Positions 31,347 through 43,050 are shown, numbered from the stretch's first letter. The stretch is 64,000 nt of DNA from an uncultured delta proteobacterium (GCA_963785235.1 CAWAUM010000001.1:64001-128000), one strand, 5' to 3'. A program made the numbers and translations. Notes: generated by a model not told the origin, from the sequence alone.

Positions 31347-32726
31347 ATGGCGAGGATAAAGACATCTCTATTATGTGTAGCCTTAATAGTGTGTTTCTCA
31401 GGTATCTCATTGGCGGATGCACCAGTTTCCACTGAGGGCGATTGGGTTGCCGATGTCGCAGCAAAGGTGCTGCCTTCGGTTGTGAACATAGCATCCATGA
31501 AAACGGTAACCCAGCAGTCTCCCTTATTCAGTGATCCTTTTTTCAGAGACTTCTTCGGCGGCGGCATACCGCATGAGCGAGTCCAGCGGGCCCTGGGTTC
31601 GGGTGTAATCGTCTCATCCGATGGTTATATCGTGACAAACAACCATGTGGTCGGCGGGGCTGACAAGGTCGAGGTAAGGCTCTCCGATGCCAGCGTATAT
31701 CCTGCCACCATCATAGGGACCGATCCCAAGAGTGATGTAGCCATCATCAAGATCAACAAGACAGGACTGCCTGCAATTAAGATAGGTGATTCTTCCAAGC
31801 TTCGCATCGGGGGCTTTGTCCTGGCAGTCGGCAACCCCTTCGGTCTCGAGCAGACCGTCACCATGGGTATCATCAGCGCGCTCGGCCGCTCAGGCCTTGG
31901 CATCACGGATTATGAAAACTTCATCCAGACGGATGCCTCCATCAATCCCGGCAATTCAGGCGGCGCCCTGGTGAACATGAAGGGCGAACTCATCGGCATC
32001 AATACAGCTATTCTTTCCCAGTCCGGAGGAAGTGTGGGTATAGGGTTTGCAATCCCCATAGACCTCGTAATGGGCATCAAGAAGAGCATCGATAAGTACG
32101 GCAAAGTGGTGCGAGGCTGGCTTGGGGTCAGTGTACAGGAAATCACGCCCGAACTCGCCAAGGGTCTTGGGCTGAGCACGGCCAGAGGCGCGCTTGTCTC
32201 TGAGGTTATGAAGGCTTCTCCGGCGGAAAAGGCCGGCCTGAAGCAGGGAGATGTCATTATAGGAATTGATGGGAAGACGGTGAGGAATACCTCCTCCATG
32301 AGATTCCAGATATCCGAGGTCCTGCCGGGTGCATCAGTGAAGGTCAAGGTCTTGCGGGACGGAAAGGAAAAGGTCTTTACCGTTGTGGCCGGTGACCTTG
32401 CCAAGGCCAAGATACCAGAGCACATGCTCGCGATACAGGACAACAAGTTTCTCGCCGGCGCAACTGTTGCAGACCTCACCCCTGCCACGAGGGAGACACT
32501 GGGTCTCAAGCCCGATATACAGGGTGTGGCAGTCATCGAGGTGGTGAACAATTCGGCAGCGGCAAAGACAGGCCTCAGGCCCGGAGATATCATCCTGTCC
32601 TTGAACAATAAGGCCACCAGGACCCTTGAGGAATTCAAGAAGCTGGCCGATGACCTCAAGGGCATCAAGATGAGCATCAGCATCTACCGGCAGGGCATGG
32701 TCATGACCATGACCATCATCAGATAG
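31347..32726 (+). CDS. HtrA/DegQ (Do) serine endoprotease with two PDZ domains
   Basis: LGSGVI, TNNHVV, DPKSDVA, QTDASINPGNSGG, RGWLGV; AGGAGG RBS. Confidence 0.95.
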   Translation: MARIKTSLLCVALIVCFSGISLADAPVSTEGDWVADVAAKVLPSVVNIASMKTVTQQSPLFSDPFFRDFFGGGIPHERVQRALGSGVIVSSDGYIVTNNHVVGGADKVEVRLSDASVYPATIIGTDPKSDVAIIKINKTGLPAIKIGDSSKLRIGGFVLAVGNPFGLEQTVTMGIISALGRSGLGITDYENFIQTDASINPGNSGGALVNMKGELIGINTAILSQSGGSVGIGFAIPIDLVMGIKKSIDKYGKVVRGWLGVSVQEITPELAKGLGLSTARGALVSEVMKASPAEKAGLKQGDVIIGIDGKTVRNTSSMRFQISEVLPGASVKVKVLRDGKEKVFTVVAGDLAKAKIPEHMLAIQDNKFLAGATVADLTPATRETLGLKPDIQGVAVIEVVNNSAAAKTGLRPGDIILSLNNKATRTLEEFKKLADDLKGIKMSISIYRQGMVMTMTIIR

Positions 32727-32734
32727 CATTTTCC

Positions 32735-32761
32735 GAAGGCCCCCTCATGAAGGGGGCCTTC
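32735..32761. terminator. Hairpin after the DegQ-like gene
   Basis: gaaggccccct / agggggccttc stem; no U-tract on the + strand. Confidence 0.45.
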
Positions 32762-32790
32762 CCAATCAATATTTTTAAGAGCAAGAAGAG

Positions 32791-33243
32791 ATGCGTGCAG
32801 TGGTCCAGAGGGTAAAGGGGGCATCCGTAACCGTGGATGGTTCGGTGCTGTCGAGGATCGGCATGGGCCTGTGCTGCCTGGTTGGGATTGAGGCAGGTGA
32901 CGGGCCCTCCGACATTGACTACCTTGCCCGGAAGATCTGCAGCATAAGGATATTCGATGATGAAAACGGGGTGATGAACCTCGACGTGTCAGACATAAGC
33001 GGGGAAATCCTTCTCATATCACAGTTCACCCTGCACGGAGATGCCAGGAAGGGCCGGAGGCCGTCTTATTCGCGTGCTGAGGCGCCTGAAACCGCCAGGG
33101 AGAAGTTCGAAGGTCTTGTTGTAAAGATCAAAGGAATTTTTCCCGGCAAGGTGGAGACCGGAAAATTCCAGGCCACGATGGACGTTTCAATCATCAACCA
33201 TGGCCCGGTCACCATACTGCTTGACAGCAAAAGGCTTTTTTAA
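32791..33243 (+). CDS. dtd: D-aminoacyl-tRNA deacylase
   Basis: MRAVVQRV, RIFDD, SQFTL, KGRRPS, N.GPVT. Confidence 0.95.
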   Translation: MRAVVQRVKGASVTVDGSVLSRIGMGLCCLVGIEAGDGPSDIDYLARKICSIRIFDDENGVMNLDVSDISGEILLISQFTLHGDARKGRRPSYSRAEAPETAREKFEGLVVKIKGIFPGKVETGKFQATMDVSIINHGPVTILLDSKRLF

Positions 33244-33261
33244 AGTTTAAAGGATTGCCGT

Positions 33262-33612
33262 TTAACCTTTCAAAGCGTTGATGCGCTCAATGAGTTTTGC
33301 CTCGGGCAGGGCGCCTACTATGTCCCCCACCTTCTGGCCGTTTTTGAAGACCAGGAGATTCGGAATAGAACGGATGCCATATTTTTTAGCAGTATCGGGA
33401 TTTTTATCCACATCCAGCTTTCCGAAGACAATCTGCCCTGCATGCTTTTTTGCAAGGTTCTCCACGATGGGACCCAGCATCTTGCATGGGCCGCACCACT
33501 CCGCCCAGCAATCCACCACGATGAATGGATACTTGGCCACTGCATCGTTGATATCCTGATCCGTCAGGGTAATGGCAGTATCCGGATTATCCACAAATTT
33601 TGCTTCCGGCAT
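33262..33612 (-). CDS. trxA: Thioredoxin
   Basis: WAEWCGPCK, YGIRSIP. Confidence 0.95.
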   Translation of the reverse strand: MPEAKFVDNPDTAITLTDQDINDAVAKYPFIVVDCWAEWCGPCKMLGPIVENLAKKHAGQIVFGKLDVDKNPDTAKKYGIRSIPNLLVFKNGQKVGDIVGALPEAKLIERINALKG

Positions 33613-33629
33613 GATCTCCTCCTTTTCCT

Positions 33630-34589
33630 TTAAGGGGTCTTGGTCCTGTCGTACGAAGTACCCTTGAGTGTGCTGACATACTCGTATGCAGCAAAGGCTG
33701 CGGTAGCTCCATCCCCGCAGGCCGTGACCACCTGCCGCAGGAGTTTGTCCGTGCAGTCTCCGCCGGCGAATATTCCTTTGGCGGATGTATTCATATGTGC
33801 ATTCACCTTTATGTAGCCCTGCGTATCCATGTCAACAATTCCCTTGAAGATTTCAGTGTTGGGGATAGTGCCGGTGAAGATGAAAACCCCGTCCACGTCA
33901 ACAGTCGTTATCTTCCCGGGGTCTCTGACATCCTTGAGCCTGACGGTCTTCACCACCGAGTCTCCGGCGATATCTTCGATAACGGCGTTCCAGGCAAACG
34001 CTATCTTGACATTGGCAAACGCCCGGTCCTGCAGTACAGCTGTTGCCCTGAGCCTGTCTCTTCTGTGGACAATGGTGACTCTCGAAGCAAAATTTGTGAG
34101 ATAGAGGGCCTCCTGTACCGCAGTATCTCCACCGCCTACCACGATAAGCTTGCCATCACGGTAAAAAGGACCATCACACGTAGCGCAGTAGGATACCCCT
34201 CTGCCCGTGAATTCGACCTCGCCAGGTACATTGAGGTGCGCATATTCCGTGCCGGTAGAGATGATCAGGGACAATGCCTGGTGAACAGAGCCCGATGTGC
34301 TTACCTCCCAGGCATCATGACCTTCTGCACTGGTCTTTGCAACAGCTATGATATCTTCGTCAAGGATGGATAGGCCGAATTTGAGTGCCTGCTGGGCAAA
34401 GCGTTCAATAATCTCGAACCCGCCTATTCCATCAGGAAACCCGGGGTAATTTTCGATGAGGTCAGTGGTCGTGATAAGGCTTGTTTTGAAGGCGCTGCGT
34501 ATGAGCAGCGTCTTCATGTTCGACCGTGTTGCATAGATGCCTGCGGTAAGTCCTGCAGGCCCGCCTCCGATAATGATCACATCATACAT
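33630..34589 (-). CDS. trxB: Thioredoxin reductase
   Basis: GGGPAGL, IENYPGF, CATCDG, GGGDTA, HRRD. Confidence 0.95.
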   Translation of the reverse strand: MYDVIIIGGGPAGLTAGIYATRSNMKTLLIRSAFKTSLITTTDLIENYPGFPDGIGGFEIIERFAQQALKFGLSILDEDIIAVAKTSAEGHDAWEVSTSGSVHQALSLIISTGTEYAHLNVPGEVEFTGRGVSYCATCDGPFYRDGKLIVVGGGDTAVQEALYLTNFASRVTIVHRRDRLRATAVLQDRAFANVKIAFAWNAVIEDIAGDSVVKTVRLKDVRDPGKITTVDVDGVFIFTGTIPNTEIFKGIVDMDTQGYIKVNAHMNTSAKGIFAGGDCTDKLLRQVVTACGDGATAAFAAYEYVSTLKGTSYDRTKTP

Positions 34590-34696
34590 GACTTGAAATC
34601 CTTCCATTTAGGATTAACATAAAGCAACTTGATTTTAACTCATGCCAATGACTATTGTATATTTAAAATAGAAACGATTTCACAGGAGGTCAAGAT

Positions 34697-35170
34697 ATGA
34701 AGAAGATTATTCTCATAACACTTGTCATGATAGTCCTTCCTGTAATTTCACATGGGGCAGGGTATATCCTTGCAAATTACGGCGATGGAGGCAAGGTTCA
34801 TGCGGCAAGCTATGGGCTCGAACTGGGCGGGATATTCCTTTCTCCCTACCACCCCAATGGCGGGGCTTTCAGCCTCGGGATCGGAGGAAGCATAGCAGAT
34901 ACCGACGAGACTGTCTCAGACAGGAAATACAACAATGGAAACGAGCAGGAGATCTGTGCAATATTCGGGGCTGAGATTGTGCCTGCCTTCTTTGGTGTCG
35001 CAGGGGTAGGGTTTGCAACCCAGGATGTCATTAACCCTGATAGGACAAAAAGCACGGACAATAATGTCAGTTGGATGCTCGGCATGCGCTATGTGGTAAA
35101 GGCATTCAATGTAGGTCTAGGTTATGATTATCGACGCGGAATAACTGCAAACCTAGGGGTGGCCTTCTGA
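34697..35170 (+). CDS. Small outer-membrane beta-barrel-like protein
   Basis: Signal peptide, amphipathic beta-strands, C-terminal LGVAF. Confidence 0.6.
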   Translation: MKKIILITLVMIVLPVISHGAGYILANYGDGGKVHAASYGLELGGIFLSPYHPNGGAFSLGIGGSIADTDETVSDRKYNNGNEQEICAIFGAEIVPAFFGVAGVGFATQDVINPDRTKSTDNNVSWMLGMRYVVKAFNVGLGYDYRRGITANLGVAF

Positions 35171-35229
35171 TAAGAGGTCGCCATCATTTATCAGCATGTA
35201 AACAATGGCCATGAGTTTTGCATCTATGA

Positions 35230-36648
35230 ATGACAATGAAAGGGTATAGGTTGAGAACGCTTACCTTTGTACCCATTGTCTCTTTGAGCCTCCTGATGGC
35301 GCTTTCCGGATGTTCAAGCCTCCAGAACTATACCCACAAGGTGGCGCCGGCAAGGGCATCGATCTCAACAGGTAATTTTCAAGGGGCGCTTGCAACGTTT
35401 CCCGAAGAGTCCGCAGAAGGGAAAGATGAGATCCTGATACGGTTCGAGAGGGGCAAGATTTTCCAGGATCTCGGAGAGTTCGCACAGAGTGCTGAGGAGT
35501 TTGAAAAGGCCGCCGGCAAGAGAAAAGACATCGATGACAGGGCGGTGATTTCCGCAAGCAACACGGCTTCCCAGGCCGGGACACTGCTTATTAACGAACA
35601 GATCATGCCCTACGAAGGCCAAGATTTTGAGATCATACTCCTGCATGCCCTCAATGCCATGAACTACCTCATGAAGGGCGATCTCGAGGGTGCGCGGGTG
35701 GAAGTCCGCAAGTCCTATGAAAGGCAGACACAACTTTCTGAAAAGCATGAAAAAGAGCTCCAGGAAGCCCGGAAGGACACGCACTCGGCAGACTGGGAGA
35801 ACTCCTTTATGAAGGCTGACCGTCAGGGATACGAGGGTCTCAAGGAAAAGGCCGGAAGTGCCTATGGTGTGTATCACAATGCATTCGCATCCTATATATC
35901 CGCACTGGTCTATGAACTCGGCGGCGAGAACGATGATGCCTATATCGACATGAAAAAGGCCTTTGAAGCATATCCCTCCTGTCCAAGTCTTCAGCGTGAC
36001 CTTATCCGGTTGAGCAGGAAGATAGGTTTCAGACAGGACCAGGAACTCTGGGAGAAAAAATTCGGCAAGGACATGAAGACCGAGAAAGATTCTATTGATG
36101 TATTCGTGGTCTTCAGCTATGGTCTGGCGCCTTATAAAGTGCCGCTGACCCTTCCCATCCCTACTGCCCATGGGTTTGTCTTTGCATCACTGCCCATCTA
36201 CCAATTCAGCCCGTCGGCCATCCATGGCGGACGTGTCACAACGGGCGGCATCAGTGAGGAGACATCCACGGTCTTTGATGTTGATGCCGTGGCAGCGAGG
36301 AACCTCCTTGATGACTTCCCCATTATCTTTACCAAACAGATCGTGAGGTCATATCTCAAGGCCCAGATGACCAGCCAGCTGTCCAAGGATCATGGGATAG
36401 GCGGTGCGATTTTCGGCACACTCTTTTCAGCCATTACCGAGCACGCAGACCTGAGGGCATGGTCCATGCTCCCTAAACAGATACAGGTGGCAAGAATTTT
36501 CGTGCCCAGGTCCACAAAGGACTTCTCAATTGAATATGAGCCTGGACACGCCTCATCAACCGTACAGATTCCCCAAGGGGCATCTCACGTGATAGTATAC
36601 TGCAGGGCCACGGAAAATGGCCTGGCCATATATACGAAATCATTCTAA
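35230..36648 (+). CDS. COG3014-family TPR lipoprotein
   Basis: Lipobox LSGC; YEG..FE, ARVEVR and ADLRAW..LP motifs; upstream of ycfL-lpoB as is typical. Confidence 0.8.
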   Translation: MTMKGYRLRTLTFVPIVSLSLLMALSGCSSLQNYTHKVAPARASISTGNFQGALATFPEESAEGKDEILIRFERGKIFQDLGEFAQSAEEFEKAAGKRKDIDDRAVISASNTASQAGTLLINEQIMPYEGQDFEIILLHALNAMNYLMKGDLEGARVEVRKSYERQTQLSEKHEKELQEARKDTHSADWENSFMKADRQGYEGLKEKAGSAYGVYHNAFASYISALVYELGGENDDAYIDMKKAFEAYPSCPSLQRDLIRLSRKIGFRQDQELWEKKFGKDMKTEKDSIDVFVVFSYGLAPYKVPLTLPIPTAHGFVFASLPIYQFSPSAIHGGRVTTGGISEETSTVFDVDAVAARNLLDDFPIIFTKQIVRSYLKAQMTSQLSKDHGIGGAIFGTLFSAITEHADLRAWSMLPKQIQVARIFVPRSTKDFSIEYEPGHASSTVQIPQGASHVIVYCRATENGLAIYTKSF

Positions 36649-36663
36649 GTAAGGAGGTACGGC

Positions 36664-37089
36664 ATGAGAAAAATCAACAGATTCTATTTTATTCTAACCT
36701 TATTTGTGGTTGCCTGCGCAGGGACAGCCCCCAATATCCTCAATGTTCAGGCGGGTCCCATGGGTGTAAGCGCCAAGCAGATCGAGATCAATGACAAATA
36801 CCTCGAACGGAACCTGAGCTATGGCGATGTGAGCATAAAGCCGCTTGATGGGGTCAACTCCTTTGAGGTGCAGGTTATGCTGAAAAATGAGAGCGACAGA
36901 GACTTGTCCTTTGAGTATCGCTTTATCTGGTATGATGCACGAGGGTACGAGATATCGGTTGTCACCTCATGGATACCTGCCGTGCTCGGGGCGAAAGAAT
37001 CAAAGGGGTTTCGCTCGGTATCACCCGGAGCAGATGCGGCAGGGTTTAAATTAATGGTGCGTATGCCCCACGGTGTGACGGAATCATAA
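36664..37089 (+). CDS. YcfL/DUF1425 lipoprotein
   Basis: Lipobox VVAC; YRFIWYD..G motif. Confidence 0.82.
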   Translation: MRKINRFYFILTLFVVACAGTAPNILNVQAGPMGVSAKQIEINDKYLERNLSYGDVSIKPLDGVNSFEVQVMLKNESDRDLSFEYRFIWYDARGYEISVVTSWIPAVLGAKESKGFRSVSPGADAAGFKLMVRMPHGVTES

Positions 37090-37118
37090 GAAGAGACGAA
37101 CAGAAGGAGAAAAGAGAT

Positions 37119-37712
37119 ATGAAAAGAACAGTGCATTTCCTCAGCCTTGCAGCGCTGGTGGTTTTTTGGGGCTGTGCCAGTACGCCGGAGGTGAACTACG
37201 GCAACCCTGATCAGGTGGAGACGGTCACAGCGGATTTCGGCTCAACGGACCTGCAGATGATCGCCGAAAAAATGGTGAATTCACTGCTTGCAACCCCGGT
37301 GATCTCTTCCGGTAACAGGCCGGTGTTCTATGTCCAGAACGTGAGAAACAGGACGGATGAGCACATTGACACCAAGTCGGTGACCGACAAGATAAAGGTA
37401 ACCCTGCTCAAATCCGGCAAGGTAAAGTTCTCTGCAATCGGAGAGGTGAAGGACGAGATGGTCAACCAGCTTGAATTCCAGGCGAGCTCCGGGATGGTGG
37501 ACCCGAAAACGGCCAAGTCCATAGGCAAACTGGTGGGAGCTGATTATTTCCTCTACGGAGAGCTTGCCTCCATCAGAAAATCAGCCGGTCGCGTCAAGGA
37601 TGTCTATTATAAATTTACGCTGAATCTCGTGAACATCCAGACAGGCCTTATCGAGTGGGCCGATGAGAAAGAGATCAGGAAGCAGGCGAAGAAGCCTCTC
37701 CTGGGCGGGTGA
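37119..37712 (+). CDS. lpoB: Penicillin-binding protein activator LpoB
   Basis: Lipobox WGC; FGSTDLQ, NRTDEHIDT, GADY, TG.IEW. Confidence 0.85.
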   Translation: MKRTVHFLSLAALVVFWGCASTPEVNYGNPDQVETVTADFGSTDLQMIAEKMVNSLLATPVISSGNRPVFYVQNVRNRTDEHIDTKSVTDKIKVTLLKSGKVKFSAIGEVKDEMVNQLEFQASSGMVDPKTAKSIGKLVGADYFLYGELASIRKSAGRVKDVYYKFTLNLVNIQTGLIEWADEKEIRKQAKKPLLGG

Positions 37713-37806
37713 TAACCCTGAAAATCAGGTGATCCAGGTTTGGCTTGACGGGGTGGTGAAGAAACGGATACATAGCGTTGTCTAGTTAAGGGTGGAGGTA
37801 TGAAAC

Positions 37807-38352
37807 ATGGATTTGGAGCATAAACTTAGGAAGGTAACAAGCAAAACTGCGGTTCTCTATGGGACCATAGCCCTGCTAGTGATATTTGCCGACCCTTCTT
37901 GGGCATCGTGTTTTATTGGGTTTATCCTTGTCCTGGCAGGTGAAGCGCTGAGGTTCTGGGCCACGGGCCACCTTCGAAAGAACGAGGAGCTTACCACATC
38001 CGGGCCCTATGCGTATCTCCAGTCCCCGTTGTATCTCGGCAGTTTTATTATCGGCACAGGTATGTGTATCATGGCTATGAATGCGGTCATATGGATCCTT
38101 GCCAGCCTCATATTCTTCATCTCCTATGTACCGAGGAAGCAGAAGATAGAATGGGGCAGGCTGGAAGAGAGATTCGGTGAGGAATTTTTCAAGTATAAGC
38201 GTGAGGTGGATTATTTCATGCCCCGGCTAAATCCCTATCCTGATGGGAGCAAGCATTTGTGGTCTTTTGCCCAGACCATCGAAAACACCGAGCACCAGAC
38301 TGCATTGGCTGTCGCCCTTGTGGCCTTCCTCATCATGGTCAGGGTTTTTTAA
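37807..38352 (+). CDS. Isoprenylcysteine/phospholipid methyltransferase-family membrane protein
   Basis: LRFWA.G, LTTSGPYAY...PLYLG, E...L..RFGEEF..Y. Confidence 0.8.
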   Translation: MDLEHKLRKVTSKTAVLYGTIALLVIFADPSWASCFIGFILVLAGEALRFWATGHLRKNEELTTSGPYAYLQSPLYLGSFIIGTGMCIMAMNAVIWILASLIFFISYVPRKQKIEWGRLEERFGEEFFKYKREVDYFMPRLNPYPDGSKHLWSFAQTIENTEHQTALAVALVAFLIMVRVF

Positions 38353-38402
38353 GATTGCATTAAGAGGCGGGTTCTTCAGGCAAGGCAACTTGTAAACCAG
38401 AT

Positions 38403-38436
38403 AAAAAGGCCGGGAAGTTATTTCCCCGGCCTTTAT
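38403..38436. terminator. Bidirectional Rho-independent terminator
   Basis: aaaggccggg / cccggccttt stem with A/T-rich flanks between convergent genes. Confidence 0.75.
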
Positions 38437-38478
38437 TATATGTTTTATGGATAGTCCAGCAGTCCAGGTGCTTCGAGC

Positions 38479-39555
38479 TCAATCCGATATCTTCACGCGC
38501 CAGCCGAAGGGATCTGACTTTTCTCCATACTGGATCTGTAAGATCTCCTTATACAAGCGTTCCGTCAGGGCCCCTGCTTTGCCGCCATTGATGACGTGCT
38601 CTTTCCCCTGATAATAGATCTGGCCGATAGGAGAGACAATGGCTGCCGTACCTGAAGCAAACGCCTCTTTCACTGATCCGTTAGCAATCCCTGCAACAAT
38701 TTCACTCATTGCCGGTGCCTGTTCCTTCACTTTCACGCCCCAACTCCGCGCCAAGGCGATGACGGAATCCCGTGTGACACCGGGGAGGATCGAGCCTGAG
38801 AGCGGTGGAGTAACAAGCTCATCGCCGATCACGAAGAAGGCATTGCTTGTCCCCACCTCTTCAACATATTTCCGCTCAATGGCATCCAGCCAAAGGACCT
38901 GCGTATACCCCATTTCCTTGGCCTTCTGGCTGGCGTAGAGGCTGGCTGCGTAATTCCCCGCATTTTTGCAGTATCCGACACCCCCGCGAACCGCCCGGAC
39001 GTAATCCTCGCTGACATAGATCTTCGTCGGACTGAACCCTTCAGGATAGTAAGCCCCCACAGGACCGACAATGATGAAGAAAAGATATTGATTTGCCGGG
39101 TGGACACCCAGGGCCGGCTCCGTGGCGATCATGGTCGGGCGGATATACAGGGATGTTCCGGCGCCGCGAGGGATCCAGTCCTGTTCCAGAAGGACAAGTT
39201 TTTTCATGGCCTCCATGAACAGCTCAGGACCGATTGTGGCCATGCACAGGCGCTCTGCCGAGGCATTCATCCGCTTGATGTTTTCCATGGGCCTGAACAG
39301 GTAGATACTCCCGTCCTTCCCGTAATAGGCCTTCAGCCCTTCGAAGATTTCCTGACCATAGTGGAGACTCATGGCCGTGGGGTCAAGGACGATCGGACCG
39401 TAAGGGCCGATGACGGGTTCATGCCAACCCTTGCCGTCCATATATTTTACCGTAAACATATGATCCGTGAAGATCTGGCCGAAGCCCAGTTTGGATTCAT
39501 CTGCCGGTTTTGCCTTCAGCTTGTCCGGTGAACACTTTGTGATTTTGATGTCCAT
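38479..39555 (-). CDS. ilvE: Branched-chain amino acid aminotransferase
   Basis: FTDHM, LHYGQEIFEGLKAY, LYIRP, K.AGNY, ILPGVTRDS, GTAA. Confidence 0.95.
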   Translation of the reverse strand: MDIKITKCSPDKLKAKPADESKLGFGQIFTDHMFTVKYMDGKGWHEPVIGPYGPIVLDPTAMSLHYGQEIFEGLKAYYGKDGSIYLFRPMENIKRMNASAERLCMATIGPELFMEAMKKLVLLEQDWIPRGAGTSLYIRPTMIATEPALGVHPANQYLFFIIVGPVGAYYPEGFSPTKIYVSEDYVRAVRGGVGYCKNAGNYAASLYASQKAKEMGYTQVLWLDAIERKYVEEVGTSNAFFVIGDELVTPPLSGSILPGVTRDSVIALARSWGVKVKEQAPAMSEIVAGIANGSVKEAFASGTAAIVSPIGQIYYQGKEHVINGGKAGALTERLYKEILQIQYGEKSDPFGWRVKISD

Positions 39556-39780
39556 AAAGATCTTCCCCTAAAAAGGATATTAAATTAATGTGTTAAATGT
39601 AAACTATGCAATATGGATCTTTTTGAGTTTTGTTACCATAGCATCTACACTTCAAATGGAGTATAGAGAATATCTATCTATTATCTGTGATTTTGACCTT
39701 ACGGTCAATATGAATTCAGATGTTATCCCTCCTTGAAGATGAGTCTGCAGAGATAACCTTTGCTTGTAAGGAGGGAAAAA

Positions 39781-42700
39781 ATGAATATGTGCACTGTATG
39801 CGGTGCTCCCGTGGTCCCGACCGGCCGCTATTGTCATCAGTGCGGTTCGGGTCTTCATGATCACCAGGCCAGATCCGAATACCGCTTTGTTACTATACTC
39901 TGTACGGATTTAAGCGGGTACACCCTGTTGTCGGAAAGGTTGGACCATGAAGAGCTTCGTACATTCATGGCGAAATTATTGAGCGAAACAACGCTGGTCA
40001 TCAGGAGATTCGGCGGCACTGTGGAAAAGTATATCGGCGATGCGGTAGTGGCAATATTCGGCAATACTAAAGCGAGAGAAGACGATCCTATAAGAGGTAT
40101 CCTGGCCGCCAAGGAAATACACAAGATTGTTGAGGGGATGAATATTCTCCTCCCGGAAACCTGCAACATCCGTCTGAATATGCATACCGGTATCAATACA
40201 GGTGAGGTTCTGATGGACACCGGTATGCCTACCGACTCCATCCACGGAACACTGGGTAAACCTATCAATATTGCATCCAGGCTGTGCGATTTAGCCGCCG
40301 ATGGAGAGATACTGATAAGTGAGGCGCTCGTAACAGAAACCATGCGTTATTTTCAGCTCGAATGGTTAGGCAGAAAGATGCTCAAAGGATTCCGAAAACC
40401 TCTCCATGTGTATAAGGTTATCCATGAGAGATCCGTCCCGCTTGCAGTGCATAGGATTGGCGGTGTTACCTCGCCCATGGTGGGCCGCGAGCATGAACTG
40501 TCTATGCTTCTATCGAAGGCGAGGGATCTTCAATCAGGGAGAGGCGGTGTAACGTGCATCATCGGCGATGCAGGTGTTGGTAAAAGCAGGCTGATTGAAG
40601 AATTTAAGGTAACTCTTGATGAGAGTGTACCATTTATAACAGCAACCTGTTTCGATCATACAAGCTCTAAGCCGTACTTTCCCTTTTCGAGACTCATACA
40701 GGTATTATTGGGGCTCGATAGTATGCATGGCAGCAAAGAAGAAATTGCTAAGGCCTTAACCCGACATGGACTGTCCGGGGAGTATGCCGCTCACCTTGTC
40801 TTATTCATGGATTGTGCACTACCTCCGGTGGTGAATCTCCCGATATCTTCAAGGAGAAAGGCAGTGATGCCATGCTATGGCTGCTCAGTTCTGCGGCTTT
40901 GAATCAGCCTACAGTTTTCTGCATTGAGGATATCCATTGGGCTGACCAGAGCACACTTGATCTTCTGACGTATCTAATCCATAGGTGGGATAAGTCCTGT
41001 CCAAGTCTGCTGCTCCTTACGCACCGACATGGCGTGGCGAGCCCCTTTTTAGCTGCCCGCCTTGTCCTGCGGGAGCTCGGTGAGCTAGAAGTGGGCACGA
41101 TGCTTAATAATATGCTTAATGCCGTCCGGGTCCCTGATACGACGGTTAGCTCTCTGGCAGAAGCAACGGGAGGCAACCCATTCTTTGTTGAAGAGATGGT
41201 CAACTACCTCCTGGAAAAGGGGGTGGATCTATCCGACCATTGCCAAATCGGCCGGTTGGCTGAGCTGCCCACAACCTTACATGGTCTCATCTCTTCGCGG
41301 CTTGATCATATGGGGGCTGCTTCCAAGAGGATACTCCAGGAAGCGGCACTCATTGGAAGGATATTTACTGAAACCCTATTGGCCTTGGTTTGTTCAGAAA
41401 AAGATGTCTTGAAAGAGGGCTTGGATGAATCAGTCAAACACGGATTCATCCAATCTGTCAGTAAGGGGGAATACATCTTCAAGCATGAGATTACCCGTGA
41501 TGTAGCAAGCAGGACCCTCTTGAAGAAAGAGAGGATCAGGCTGCACAGGAAGATCGCCCTGGCCATAGAAGATAGTTGCGGAATATGTTTAAAGGATCAT
41601 GCCTCAGAACTTGCCTATCACTTCGGGAAGGCGCAGGAACATTTAAAGGCGCTTTATTATCATATGGAAGCCGGCAAACACTGCCAGGCAACAGGTGCCT
41701 GGGTCGAGGCCGGTGCGCATTTTTTATCAGCAGAACAATATCTCCATGCCGACAAAACACTGCCCGGTGGAGAAGAGCTGCTTGTGGCCATACAAGAAGG
41801 GATCTGGAGATGCTATCGTGTGTTCAATCCGGGCCGGGCTATTGTTGCCCTGGAAGAGCTTGCGGGCTATTACCGTCTTAAGGGCCTTCATGAGGAAGAG
41901 GCCTTTTGTTCCATCCGGCTCATTAATCTCTATTCCCAGAAGGGTCTTTTTCATAAGGCAAAAGAGAGCTATGACTTTGCCTTAGCCATCATCCGTGACA
42001 ATCCGGTATTGATTGCGGCAACACATACTGTCTATGCCTACACCTACACCTTTCTCGGTAAGCCCCTTGATGCGTTGCGCCTGCTTGATGAGGCCCGGCC
42101 TGCTCTCGATGCATCGGACCGGTTCCTTTATACCATCAATGTCCTGACTACTTTGGCTGCAAGCGTATGGAAGGGTGATATGGAGGGTTCACGTTCCTGG
42201 TACGAACAGCTAAAGAGATTCAGTAGTGCATATATGGATATTGATCTCATGGCCGATATGTGGCTTGCCCACATATATTGCCTTGAAGGGAGATTTGAAG
42301 AGGCCCGTAGGGTTTTTGAGGATGTATCTTCGCGGGAGATGAAGATTGGGATGCTCGCAGGTGGGCTTTCCTATTTGAGGATCCAGGGCTCCATCTATTT
42401 CCGGTGTCGGTATTTCGGAGACATAAAAGGCGCCAGTGCAGACCTGGAGGCATTTAATGCGCTGGATGGAGAAATATACTACCCGGGCTCGTTAAAGGAT
42501 CTATACCGTGCATGGATTGCATTGGAAAAAGGCAATCCGTCGCAGGCAAAGGAGCTCATCAATACTGCACTACCAGGCCTACGGGATGGTGTTGCCAACC
42601 GTGTGCCCTATGCCCTGAACGCACTGGCTGAGGCATACTGCCTCCTGGGTGATTATAACGCTGCACAGAGTACTGTCCGGGAAAGTATAACCTGGAATGA

Positions 42701-42995
42701 GCAAAGGGGCAATGTGGACCAGCTCATCTGGGCATTAAGGGTATTTGCCGAGATATGTACCTCACAAGGTCAATATGATACTGCCCATAAAGCGCTATCG
42801 CGGGCATATCCCCTTGCCTGTTCATCCATGATGAAACCGCATAAGGCTTGGATCATTGGTTCATGGGGGAATCTCCTCAAGGCGGCCGGTAAGTCATTAA
42901 AGGCGCAGCGGTGCTTTGGTAAATCGCTCAAGCTCTGGAAAGAGATGGGCAATCCGCTCCAGGAAAAACAAATGGCAAAAGAACTTAAATCCTGA
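39781..42995 (+). CDS. Zn-ribbon / class III adenylate-guanylate cyclase / STAND ATPase / TPR protein, frameshifted near 40810
   Basis: CTVC..CHQC; TDLSGYT, EKYIGD, GINTG, INIASRL; Walker A GDAGVGKS; Walker B IEDIHWAD; GGNPFFVEE; F.H; TPR-like helices. Confidence 0.88.
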
Positions 42996-43050
42996 TTTTG
43001 AAATAAATACACTATACACGACAGGTGGCCTTAAGCGCAAAATCCGGGAT
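42987..43050 (+). repeat. Internally deleted MITE-like remnant (TIR pair only)
   Basis: aaatcctgattttg ... caaaatccgggat; the cyclase TGA stop lies inside the left TIR. Confidence 0.55.

Noticed and set aside
39781-42995. Cyclase as a Pycsar/CBASS or Avs anti-phage system
   Set aside because: No adjacent cNMP-binding, TIR or nuclease effector; the architecture matches the widespread cyclase-AAA-TPR signalling family
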